The notes under the pieces were generated by a model. The model saw only the letters and a program-made list of their open reading frames with translations, did no database searches and had not been told where the DNA came from. Position numbers and translations under genes: made by a program. Below, piece after piece: positions 1-7,974 of a stretch of 64,000 nucleotides of DNA. The first letter of the stretch is position 1; every line of letters starts with the position of its first letter. Origin of the DNA: a virus (Duplodnaviria > Caudoviricetes); the IMG/VR virus record IMGVR_UViG_3300026194_000310, positions 6,125 to 70,124 of that record. One strand, written 5' to 3'.

Positions 1-1565
1 TTGCCAAAGAACGTGGATTTTCCAAGTCCAGTCGCCCCATTAATGACCAGCATGTAGTCAAACTTAATCCCAGGCTGATAAATGCGGGCGACCGCCGCCG
101 CAAAAGTCTTTCTAGTAACAGCCCTGGTGTACGGGGTATCTTCTGCACCGAAGTAATCAATCAGAAGCGTTTCGACTCTTTTAATGCCGTCCCAGGTAGG
201 AAGTGTGTTAAGATACTCACGTATCGGATGGAACTGCCGGGCAGCTGCTGCTGCCATAACGGCATTATTCGTCTTAGTCGGTGAGTAGATGCCATAATGA
301 TTTTGCAGATATTCATAAAGTTTCGCCGCGTCCGTTTCGCTCCAGCCAGGTTTGAACCTTTGCCAGGGTATTTCCCCACGAACATCCACACCGTCCCGCA
401 GTTGGTTAAAAACGATACCGCTCAAATTAGGGTCATTGTTTAATATCAGAAGATAGTTTCCGAAACTGTCTTTAACAGCACCGGTCTTTTCAAGTTCCAG
501 GGCCTTCTGCCAATCCGCATCCCTAAACTCGTTCTCCGCCTGGGCTTTACGTTCTTCAGCCAACTGCTCCTTGACCCGTTCATCCTTTATGGCTAGTTCC
601 GTCATGGCCCTAAAGGAGGGCAGCTTTCCCGGAGGGGTATCCAAAGCGGTCTTGTCGTCGAGGTCGCGGAAGCGGTGTATTCGCACCAGATCAAAGGCAT
701 TCAGCAGCCTGCCGCAGGCCGGATCGGTAGCGTGATGGCTGTAGGCGAATTTACCATCGTATATGACCAGTCCCGCTGAAGAATCAGCAGGGATATAGTC
801 GTAGCGGCCATTTATCGCGCTGGGTTCATAGACATCGGATAGAAAAGTGGCAATTGCGTCCTCAATGGAATAAGCCCGGCAGAACGCACCGACTGCACCT
901 TCCTTAGTGAGCGGATCAGCCTGCTGGGTAATCTGGCTGCGAACCACTTCTGACTGACGCGAGGATACAGGCCACATGGAAGTATCCCGCCAGTCAGCGT
1001 ATTTTCCGAGGTATACATCGGGGTTTAGCAACTCGCCTTCTTTTTCTTGAAACACAAACTCACCGTCAGATGGCGTAGACGGCCAATACATAAGCCGCGA
1101 GGGTTCATAAGTCGTGTCGTCAAACAATTCGATACCGATTTCCTTGGCTACCATGCGACCAAGAGCGGGGTACTCGTCCTCGCTAACCTCGCGGGCCAGA
1201 GGAATAACAAGCCGCAAGCGCGGTGCATCCGGGGTATGTTTGTGAGTAGAGTAAACACAGCACTTGAAATCGTGGAGCATATTAATTTCATCCCAAATTC
1301 CCGGCCTGGCGTAGTCCATATCCAAGGTGAGAAGGGAACGGCAGAGGACATAACCGTTCCTGCGTTTACCTTCACGTAGAGCGCCGCCCACGAAGCCGCC
1401 CACATCTTTAATGGAATCCTGCTGCGCGCGGCTCATCTTGCGGAATTCCGATACCGTTTCGGTGGTGCGGATCGTCGTGCTGACCCGGGCGAGGAAGTTT
1501 TCCCATGAGATGTCCCTGTTTTTCCATTTCTTATCCATGCGGCTGTTGCCGACCGCTATCTTCAC
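1..1565 (-). CDS. VapE-like phage primase/helicase, N-terminal part (runs off the window)
   Basis: Manual translation from GTG at 1565 (overlapping the upstream TGA): VKIAVGNSRMDKKWKNRDISW...LLTLDMDYA...VYSTHKHTPDAPRLRLVIPL...FDDTTYEPSRLMYWPS; not in the ORF track because it is incomplete. Confidence 0.8.
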   Translation of the reverse strand, partial: MKIAVGNSRMDKKWKNRDISWENFLARVSTTIRTTETVSEFRKMSRAQQDSIKDVGGFVGGALREGKRRNGYVLCRSLLTLDMDYARPGIWDEINMLHDFKCCVYSTHKHTPDAPRLRLVIPLAREVSEDEYPALGRMVAKEIGIELFDDTTYEPSRLMYWPSTPSDGEFVFQEKEGELLNPDVYLGKYADWRDTSMWPVSSRQSEVVRSQITQQADPLTKEGAVGAFCRAYSIEDAIATFLSDVYEPSAINGRYDYIPADSSAGLVIYDGKFAYSHHATDPACGRLLNAFDLVRIHRFRDLDDKTALDTPPGKLPSFRAMTELAIKDERVKEQLAEERKAQAENEFRDADWQKALELEKTGAVKDSFGNYLLILNNDPNLSGIVFNQLRDGVDVRGEIPWQRFKPGWSETDAAKLYEYLQNHYGIYSPTKTNNAVMAAAAARQFHPIREYLNTLPTWDGIKRVETLLIDYFGAEDTPYTRAVTRKTFAAAVARIYQPGIKFDYMLVINGATGLGKSTFFG

Positions 1566-1975
1566 GTTACCTGCACCTCCTCGCACTTCTCGGTAAAGTG
1601 CCGAATGGGTATGCCCTGCTTTTTCGCTTTGCTGATTTCCCGGGCCATACCATCTGACACCCGGTGTCCGAACACCCACAGCTCATCGCATTTGCTAAGT
1701 AGAACCAGGGCGAAATATAGTCCGAGTTCGCGCTCTTTTGGGTCGCTATCATCCATAAACTGTGGGTAGTGGAGATGCGGCGCGAGGGGGATATATCCCT
1801 TGCTGACGGCAAACCGGCAATAGCCCAGCGCACGGATGATGTTGTGTTTCGTGTCACCGGCAAAAGGAGAGCAGATATAAACCAGCTGGCGGTACCGTTT
1901 TTCCTTCTGCGCCGCACCGTCCGAAGAAGGAGCGGCTATATGTTCCGGGCAGCCCCCGCTGTTACACCCGTCCAT
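1562..1975 (-). CDS. DUF4406-like phage protein (nucleoside deoxyribosyltransferase-like fold)
   Basis: VYICSPFAGD...IPLAPHLHYPQF...LLSKCDELWVFG motif; homolog at 50844-51266; start re-chosen at ATG 1975. Confidence 0.7.
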   Translation of the reverse strand: MDGCNSGGCPEHIAAPSSDGAAQKEKRYRQLVYICSPFAGDTKHNIIRALGYCRFAVSKGYIPLAPHLHYPQFMDDSDPKERELGLYFALVLLSKCDELWVFGHRVSDGMAREISKAKKQGIPIRHFTEKCEEVQVT

Positions 1976-2747
1976 CCCTATCCGCCCCTCCCCCGAGAAA
2001 GTAGTTGACAAAATACTGCTGCCCTTTGCCAGTAACTTTGGTGGTCTTGCTGATGGTGACATGACCATCCGAATGGGTAATGGCGGTTTCTTTTACTTTG
2101 AAAAGACCGAGTTCCATAGCCTTTTGGGTCGGCGCGTTGTAGTCTGTGCCTTTGCGCTTGATAAGGAAGCCGTCCTGGCGGAGCCTTTCAAACAGGCGGT
2201 TCTGGCCGATTTCGATACCGTTGCCTTTGAGGATTTTCGCCAGTTCGCCGATTAAAATGGTGCCGTCCGATACGGATACAGCATCGGCAAATACCACCTC
2301 AGGCTTATCTTGGGCGACCTGTAGCTGAAGCCGCTCTTTTTCCTGGCGTTCCTCCTTGAGGGCGGTCAAGAGCCTAATCCAGGAGTCAGGGTCATTCATG
2401 ATTTCTTCCAGCTTAGAGGTTGTGATGTAAGCTCCGTGCCTGCGAATCTGAGGAAGAACCTCGTGGGTAACCCAGCGTTTAAACTTCTTGGCTTCGGGCT
2501 TGTCAGAGCGCAGGATAACATTGTAAAGCCCGCTCTCGTTAACGATGTTGGTTTGCTGTTGCCTGCCCATGCTGTCGGTGACGTAAGCCAGACTTACATC
2601 ATCCTCGTCAAGCCGGTCGGCAATCATGCGAGCATTGCTGAGTTCCAGCACTCCGCACACATCCTTTAGCACCCACCAAGTTTCGCCGTTCCTCTGGATG
2701 GTTCTGACCTCTTTTCCCTCGTAGGAGAATACCTGCAATTTGTTCAT
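1962..2747 (-). CDS. BRO-family phage antirepressor (Bro-N plus C-terminal ANT/KilAC domain)
   Basis: WWVLKDVCGVLEL...NESGLYNVILRSDKPEAKKFKRWVTHEVLPQIRRHGAY; C-terminal KVTGKGQQYF. Confidence 0.9.
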   Translation of the reverse strand: MNKLQVFSYEGKEVRTIQRNGETWWVLKDVCGVLELSNARMIADRLDEDDVSLAYVTDSMGRQQQTNIVNESGLYNVILRSDKPEAKKFKRWVTHEVLPQIRRHGAYITTSKLEEIMNDPDSWIRLLTALKEERQEKERLQLQVAQDKPEVVFADAVSVSDGTILIGELAKILKGNGIEIGQNRLFERLRQDGFLIKRKGTDYNAPTQKAMELGLFKVKETAITHSDGHVTISKTTKVTGKGQQYFVNYFLGGGADRDGRV

Positions 2748-2757
2748 TTGGATTCGT

Positions 2758-2829
2758 CCTTTCCGAAGGCTTGGATTTTGTGTTTTGGCCTTCGCTATAT
2801 CGCCACCACAAGGAGCGGAATCGGACGGT
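2758..2829 (-). promoter_or_regulatory. Prophage 1 repeated promoter-like element, copy B
   Basis: CCGTCCGATT...GGTGGC...GAAGGC...GCCTTCGGAA on the minus strand, shared with 7005-7070. Confidence 0.55.
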
Positions 2830-2842
2830 CCATTATTTTTTT

Positions 2843-4777
2843 CTAATCTTTTTTATAGAAAAGGCACTCAAAGCCATCGGCGCGAAGCAAAAGCCCCTTT
2901 GCCCAGGGCGGGGTTTTGCCCATTACGGCGCATATATCATCAACCGTTACCTCATCCGGGGCTTCAATAACAACCTCGTCATGGACATGCATTACGATAA
3001 TGCAGCCCATAGCGTCCAAACGGCGCATGGCATGGCAGAGAATGTCTCTTGAGGTCGCCTGGACGATGTTCTCCACGAACTTAGGCCCGTAGCTTTCGAT
3101 GCGCTCCCATTTCTTGTTTGTCCCAATACCCTCATATGTCACCGATTCGCCGCCGAAGCGGTTTAGCTCTATTCTGGGCTTTACATAGCAAAGGTTCCTG
3201 CCGGATGGCAAGGTAATGAACAGCATTCCGCTGCGGTACCCAATACGGATTCCGTGTGTTTCCGCAGTGGCGCGATCCTTGACCGCCTTTTTGGCAGCCC
3301 GGTCAACGTCCCACCAGAACCGGACGATGTTGGGGTTGGCCTTTCGCCAGGCGGTCACCAGCGGCTGGAGTTCCTCTTCGGAAAGCCCCATATCCAAAGC
3401 GCCCATAGCGGTTAAAGCACCAACCGATCCGCCGTAGCCAAGCGCCAATTCGGCTATTTTCCCTTTCTGGCGCAGGGGGCTGCCTTTGTTGACCTCTTCA
3501 ATGGGGACATGGAACATCTGCGCCGCCGATGCTTCATAAATCTTGCCGTGGGTGGCAAATACCTCATTACGCCATGTTTCACCCGCCAACCAGGCTATTA
3601 CCCTGGCTTCAATGGCGGAAAAGTCAGCAACGATAAATTTGAATCCAGATTCGGGAATGAATGCGGTACGGATAAGTTCGGATAAAACGGAGGGCACTGA
3701 ATCATAGAGCATCTCTGCTGCATCAAATTGCCCGGAGCGAATAAGATTGCGCGCTTCCTCCAAATCTGGTAGATGGTTTTGCGGAAGGTTTTGTACTTGA
3801 ATCAACCGCCCAGCAAAACGGCCGGTACGATTAGCTCCGTAGAACTGCAGCAACCCGCGCGCCCTGCCGTCGGAGCAGACTGCGTTTTCCATCGCTGTGT
3901 ATTTCTTTATACTTGACTTGGCCAGCTTCTGCCGTAATTCTAAAACACGTCCCAGATTTCCGGGTGCGGTCTTAAGCAGCTCCTTAACCGCTGCTTTGTC
4001 CAACGTGTCGGTTTCAAGACCATGATCGGCAAGCCAAGTCTTCATCTGCACGACTGAGTTGGGATTATCCAGTGCGGTCAGCTCTTGCATAACTCGCGTC
4101 AGTTCCGACCGGGATTGCTCATCGCAGCGGATCGCCTGCCTGACCAGGGTCATGTCCAGCAGGATACCTCGGTCATTGATTTCCTGGTCGAGGATATAGT
4201 TTTTCCATTCATCCTCCGGTACGGGGAAGTTAGCCAGCTTTGCCTGCAAAGCCATTTCCGTTTCCACGTCGCGGGCATTGTAGGCTTTGAAGCGTTCCCA
4301 CCTTTCAGGGTCGTGTTCGGGGAGATTACGTGTTCGCTGGCCGTTTGTTTTTGTGGGCTTGCAGGGCATGGAGAAGTAGCGGATTAGATCTTTCCCCTCA
4401 GTCAGCTTTTGCTTTTCCGCGCCGGTGACTAATGCAGCGCCCTCCAGCGACAAAGGCAGACCAAGATAGGCGGACCATACCATGGTACAGCGCCAGGAAT
4501 CCGGCTTCAGCCACTGGTTAAGATAGCGGGACAGGCATACCCGTTCAAACTGCGCATTATGTGCCCATTTGATAACGGACTCATCTAAAAGGGCGCTGTA
4601 AATCTCATCCGGCAGATGTTCACCTCTGGCCAGATCAATAACCTGAACACCTCCGCCGTCAACACTGTAACCGAACAACAGGATTTCAAAATCCGGGGAC
4701 TCAGCATAGCGATAGACCCCGCTTTTGGCGAGGTCTACCGTGCTGAAAGTCTCTAAATCAATACTAAGCGTTCTCAT
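2843..4777 (-). CDS. polA: Phage family A DNA polymerase
   Basis: SIDLETFS exonuclease motif, ADFSAIEARV motif A, LRQKGKIAELALGYGG motif B, MHVHDE motif C. Confidence 0.92.
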   Translation of the reverse strand: MRTLSIDLETFSTVDLAKSGVYRYAESPDFEILLFGYSVDGGGVQVIDLARGEHLPDEIYSALLDESVIKWAHNAQFERVCLSRYLNQWLKPDSWRCTMVWSAYLGLPLSLEGAALVTGAEKQKLTEGKDLIRYFSMPCKPTKTNGQRTRNLPEHDPERWERFKAYNARDVETEMALQAKLANFPVPEDEWKNYILDQEINDRGILLDMTLVRQAIRCDEQSRSELTRVMQELTALDNPNSVVQMKTWLADHGLETDTLDKAAVKELLKTAPGNLGRVLELRQKLAKSSIKKYTAMENAVCSDGRARGLLQFYGANRTGRFAGRLIQVQNLPQNHLPDLEEARNLIRSGQFDAAEMLYDSVPSVLSELIRTAFIPESGFKFIVADFSAIEARVIAWLAGETWRNEVFATHGKIYEASAAQMFHVPIEEVNKGSPLRQKGKIAELALGYGGSVGALTAMGALDMGLSEEELQPLVTAWRKANPNIVRFWWDVDRAAKKAVKDRATAETHGIRIGYRSGMLFITLPSGRNLCYVKPRIELNRFGGESVTYEGIGTNKKWERIESYGPKFVENIVQATSRDILCHAMRRLDAMGCIIVMHVHDEVVIEAPDEVTVDDICAVMGKTPPWAKGLLLRADGFECLFYKKD

Positions 4778-5352
4778 GACAGGAAATCATCGTCCACGTC
4801 AGTGGCAAAATCGTCAGCAGCATTTGATCTGCCACCCAGCGGTTCACCGTCACGGATTTTCTGGATGTTGCCCAGACCACAGGCGATTCCTTTATTGCCG
4901 TTGGAATTAAAAGCATAAAAATTAATGCTGACCCTCGCGTAAACGCCAGAATAAATCTCGGAACGTTCAAGGATAGGGTTGACTTGCCTGTCCACGATTT
5001 GCGGAGCGGTATTGCTATTGGCGTTAACGAAATAGCTGTTGGCGTAGGCTTCGTCATCAGGGCGGTCGATATCGCCATCACGGAGCGGAAGTTTTAACTG
5101 CGCTTTAGAGGGAATCTTGCCGCCAAATTTGCCTTTGCCTTCCTCGATCGCTGCATCCACAGCAGCATTAATGGCCGCGATGGTCTTAGTGTCTGACTTG
5201 GGGATAATCAGGCTGACACTGTATTTCTCCGCGCCGCCGTTGATGGACTTGGGTTCCCATACGTTCGCATAGGATAGACGTACAATGCCGGTGATAACTT
5301 TGGTGGGATTTTTCCCAGGACTACGATTAACTCTGTTTGCTGTATTTGACAT
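4774..5352 (-). CDS. DUF2815 family ssDNA-binding protein
   Basis: RLSYANVWEPKSINGG...LPLRDGD...GIACGLGNIQKIRDGEPLGG, acidic tail; start re-chosen at ATG 5352. Confidence 0.85.
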   Translation of the reverse strand: MSNTANRVNRSPGKNPTKVITGIVRLSYANVWEPKSINGGAEKYSVSLIIPKSDTKTIAAINAAVDAAIEEGKGKFGGKIPSKAQLKLPLRDGDIDRPDDEAYANSYFVNANSNTAPQIVDRQVNPILERSEIYSGVYARVSINFYAFNSNGNKGIACGLGNIQKIRDGEPLGGRSNAADDFATDVDDDFLS

Positions 5353-5356
5353 AGTA

Positions 5357-6484
5357 TTAAACCTCCATAAATTCATTTTTTGCGTTTGATATACTCATCG
5401 CTGGTCGCTTATCCGTAATCGGAACTAGGGTCGGTTTGCCGGGCGGCTTTATAACCAGTCCGCCGAGAATTTCATTAAACCTGGATTTGCCCATCAGCTT
5501 TTCCATCTCAGTAATGGTGATAAGGCTCTGCTTATAGATGTCACGGTATCCAGCAGCTTTTGCCGCTTCGGCTACGGCCTTCTCGTCGGTATATTTTCGG
5601 ATGGAGCGCCCCTCGACCACCTTGAAACCGGGCCACTCCTTGCCATGGTTCACAGCGGCGTCTGTGGCATAGGCAATAATCTCATTTGCCCAACTGGTCA
5701 GGTCGCCGATCAAATTGAGAACCTCGCCAATTTCCTCATCGGAAAGCAAGGGAGGAAGGGCAAACTCAAAGGCCGCCAGTTTAAGCTTGGCTTCGGCTCT
5801 GGCTCGACACTTTACCGCAGCCCGGCAGAACTGACAGTGTTCACCCGGGACGTACTCGCCCTCACCTTTAAAAGCCAACTCAGCGGTGGGTATCAGTGTT
5901 TCCTCCGCCCATTGATAAAGCGATTCTTTAAATACCGTGTAGGTGCTGACATTCTCCCGGCGCGGCTGGAAAATGGTCATGGCCACTGTGCTGATGTCAT
6001 ATATCCCGTCAAACAGTTCCAGGGCACCAAGTGCATATAGCTTCATCTGGGGATTGTCCTGGGCATTTACCAGAACGCCCTGCCCATACTTAAAATCGAT
6101 AACATGGAGTGTACCGTCGCCGATAATAACGCAATCGCCGGTACCGAAACCGTCCGGTACATACCTGGAAAAATCCAGCCTCTGCTCAATCAGTACCAAC
6201 GGGTCGTTGCAGGTCAACTTTATCTGGGCGATGGTTTCAAGAACAAAATCCACGTAAGCGTCGGTGTGGGCGTCCATTTCGTCGCAGTCGTACTTGGAGA
6301 TTGGCTTCTTCGAGCGCATTTTCAGTGCCCGGCGCAGCTTGTGTTCAGCGAGGGCATGAGCTGCGGTACCCTCAGCGGCGGCTTCGCTTTCACTCTCATC
6401 AAACTCCATCTCCAGCCTGGCTGATGGGGTACAGTTCATCCAGCGGTGCGCTCCGGAAGCGGAGAGAATAGCGTGTTTGCTCAT
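5357..6484 (-). CDS. DUF2800 family PD-(D/E)XK nuclease
   Basis: HAILSASGAHRW, GFGTGDCVII, DFKYG, NPQMKLYALGAL, GEHCQFC. Confidence 0.85.
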   Translation of the reverse strand: MSKHAILSASGAHRWMNCTPSARLEMEFDESESEAAAEGTAAHALAEHKLRRALKMRSKKPISKYDCDEMDAHTDAYVDFVLETIAQIKLTCNDPLVLIEQRLDFSRYVPDGFGTGDCVIIGDGTLHVIDFKYGQGVLVNAQDNPQMKLYALGALELFDGIYDISTVAMTIFQPRRENVSTYTVFKESLYQWAEETLIPTAELAFKGEGEYVPGEHCQFCRAAVKCRARAEAKLKLAAFEFALPPLLSDEEIGEVLNLIGDLTSWANEIIAYATDAAVNHGKEWPGFKVVEGRSIRKYTDEKAVAEAAKAAGYRDIYKQSLITITEMEKLMGKSRFNEILGGLVIKPPGKPTLVPITDKRPAMSISNAKNEFMEV

Positions 6485-6804
6485 TTCAGCCCCTCCGCAT
6501 CCGCGAGAAGTGCGGGATAATTCGCCGGGTCAATTTCACTGAGCCTTGATGCACCGTGCTTCTCCAACAGTGCTCGGACCTCAGCGGTAAAGCCGTCATG
6601 GCTTTTCGCAGCCAGCACAGCCCGGACTTGCTCAAGCGTGACCGCTTTGGTTTCAGACTTTTCTTCCTTATTGACAGTTGGTGTTTCCGGCTTCAAAGCC
6701 CCGCTAGGCTCACCATCCGCCACTGCCTCTGCAACTGCCAAAATGCTGTCTGCCAGATTTTTCAGGTTAGCCGCTACATCCAGCAACAGCTTGGTTTTGC
6801 TCAT
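6481..6804 (-). CDS. Conserved phage protein of the DUF2800/DUF2815 module
   Basis: C-terminal LEQVRAVLA...VRALLEKHGASRLSEIDPANY; homolog at 55323-55655. Confidence 0.7.
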   Translation of the reverse strand: MSKTKLLLDVAANLKNLADSILAVAEAVADGEPSGALKPETPTVNKEEKSETKAVTLEQVRAVLAAKSHDGFTAEVRALLEKHGASRLSEIDPANYPALLADAEGLK

Positions 6805-6991
6805 GGCCCTCACCTCCCTCCTCAATAATTGAAAGCGCTCTCACGCTGTCGCCAGGGACAATGACCGTCAGCCTTTGCTTGTCACCCAGCAGGAGACGCA
6901 GCAGTCTCTCGCGCATGGTGACATGGCGACAGCCAACTATTCCGCCGCCCTGTGGTTCCTTTGAAACACTGATTCTAAGCGTGTGCTTCAT
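6767..6991 (-). CDS. Small hypothetical phage protein
   Basis: MKHTLRISVSKEP..., preceded by an AAAGG-GGTGA RBS, in operon position. Confidence 0.6.
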   Translation of the reverse strand: MKHTLRISVSKEPQGGGIVGCRHVTMRERLLRLLLGDKQRLTVIVPGDSVRALSIIEEGGEGHEQNQAVAGCSG

Positions 6992-7004
6992 TCGGATCAC
7001 CTTG

Positions 7005-7070
7005 CCTTTCCGAAGGCTGATTTCTTGTGCCTTCTGCCTTATGCCACCTGCGGAAGATAAATCGGACGGT
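7005..7070 (-). promoter_or_regulatory. Prophage 1 repeated promoter-like element, copy A
   Basis: Directly after the sigma-like gene; near-identical blocks to 2758-2829. Confidence 0.55.
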
Positions 7071-7072
7071 TA

Positions 7073-7456
7073 CTATAACATTTTTTTGAGTTTGTTCTTT
7101 GCTCGGTTTACGGCGTGACGTATAGCGGACTCGTCCACGCCTTCCAGTGAGGCAAGTTCTGTGTATTTCCAACCTTCCAGACAGGTTTTGCGGATAAGGT
7201 ACTGCTGTCGCTCGGTGAGGTGGGACATAGTGCGGCTAACAGTTTCCGAAGCTATAAGATCGGCAAGCAAGTCCATTCCATCGTCGAAGAACCGCTTGTC
7301 CTCATAGGTGAAACTCTCGAGGGAAGTGTGGCGGCGGGTTTCCCGCCGTTCATTACGTTTTTCTTCTTCTACGGAACTGAGATAGAAGGTACCGACTTCG
7401 TCAGAAACCTCCAATTCGATGATTTTGCCATCGGCATCTTTGTAATTTATTAACAT
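7073..7456 (-). CDS. Sigma-70 region-4-like phage transcription factor
   Basis: C-terminal HTH: LTERQQYLIRKTCLEGWKYTELASLEGVDESAIRHAVNRA. Confidence 0.75.
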   Translation of the reverse strand: MLINYKDADGKIIELEVSDEVGTFYLSSVEEEKRNERRETRRHTSLESFTYEDKRFFDDGMDLLADLIASETVSRTMSHLTERQQYLIRKTCLEGWKYTELASLEGVDESAIRHAVNRAKNKLKKML

Positions 7457-7619
7457 CTTTTTCCTCCTGCGATTTTCAAAAGTTGGCTTGAAAATCCGCA
7501 GGGGGCCGATGTCTCAAATCCGTAGAAACAAAACGAGACGGGCGGCAACACCAGTGGTTGGTGTCGTCCTGCCCGTCTCGCGGTTCTGCGGATTCTCGTT
7601 ATTGACTTGTGTTTTGCGG

Positions 7620-7769
7620 TTATGCTGCTTCTGTATTTATGATTTCTGCTTTTCCATCTGGTTTAAAACAAATCAGCGTCTTACAACCTTTGTGGACGAT
7701 TTCTACGACGCCAGCTTTCTCATCCAGGCGGCAGACCAGCTTGCCGCGAGCGTTTCGGATGTCTCGCAT
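7620..7769 (-). CDS. Small phage protein (49 aa) missed by the ORF track
   Basis: Manual translation MRDIRNARGKLVCRLDEKAGVVEIVHKGCKTLICFKPDGKAEIINTEAA with a GAGGTG RBS. Confidence 0.6.
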   Translation of the reverse strand: MRDIRNARGKLVCRLDEKAGVVEIVHKGCKTLICFKPDGKAEIINTEAA

Positions 7770-7842
7770 CTCTTTCACCTCACTTTCTTAAAGCTTGTCT
7801 AGACTCACGGTTTAATCATATGGCCCCGAAACGCATTTGCCC

Positions 7843-7960
7843 CGGACATGAAATGTCCGTTTTTACAGCAAAAAAGGCCCCCTGTGGGCCGCGAAACGAT
7901 ATCGCCATCCACAGGGAGCCTTTATTTTAGGCAATAGAAAACCGGACAAAAAATGTCCGG
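7843..7960. promoter_or_regulatory. Two palindromic operators CGGACA-N5-TGTCCG
   Basis: Copies at 7843-7859 and 7943-7959, between the repressor gene and the early operon. Confidence 0.65.
7875..7923 (-). terminator. Probable intrinsic terminator after the ImmA/HTH gene
   Basis: Stem AGGC...CTGTGG / CCACAGG...GCCT followed by a T-run on the minus strand. Confidence 0.55.
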
Positions 7961-7974
7961 CGGGAATTTAATTT

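Noticed and set aside
5357-6484. Cas4/CRISPR adaptation gene
   Set aside because: The PD-(D/E)XK protein sits in the standard DUF2800-DUF2815-PolA phage replication module, with no CRISPR context
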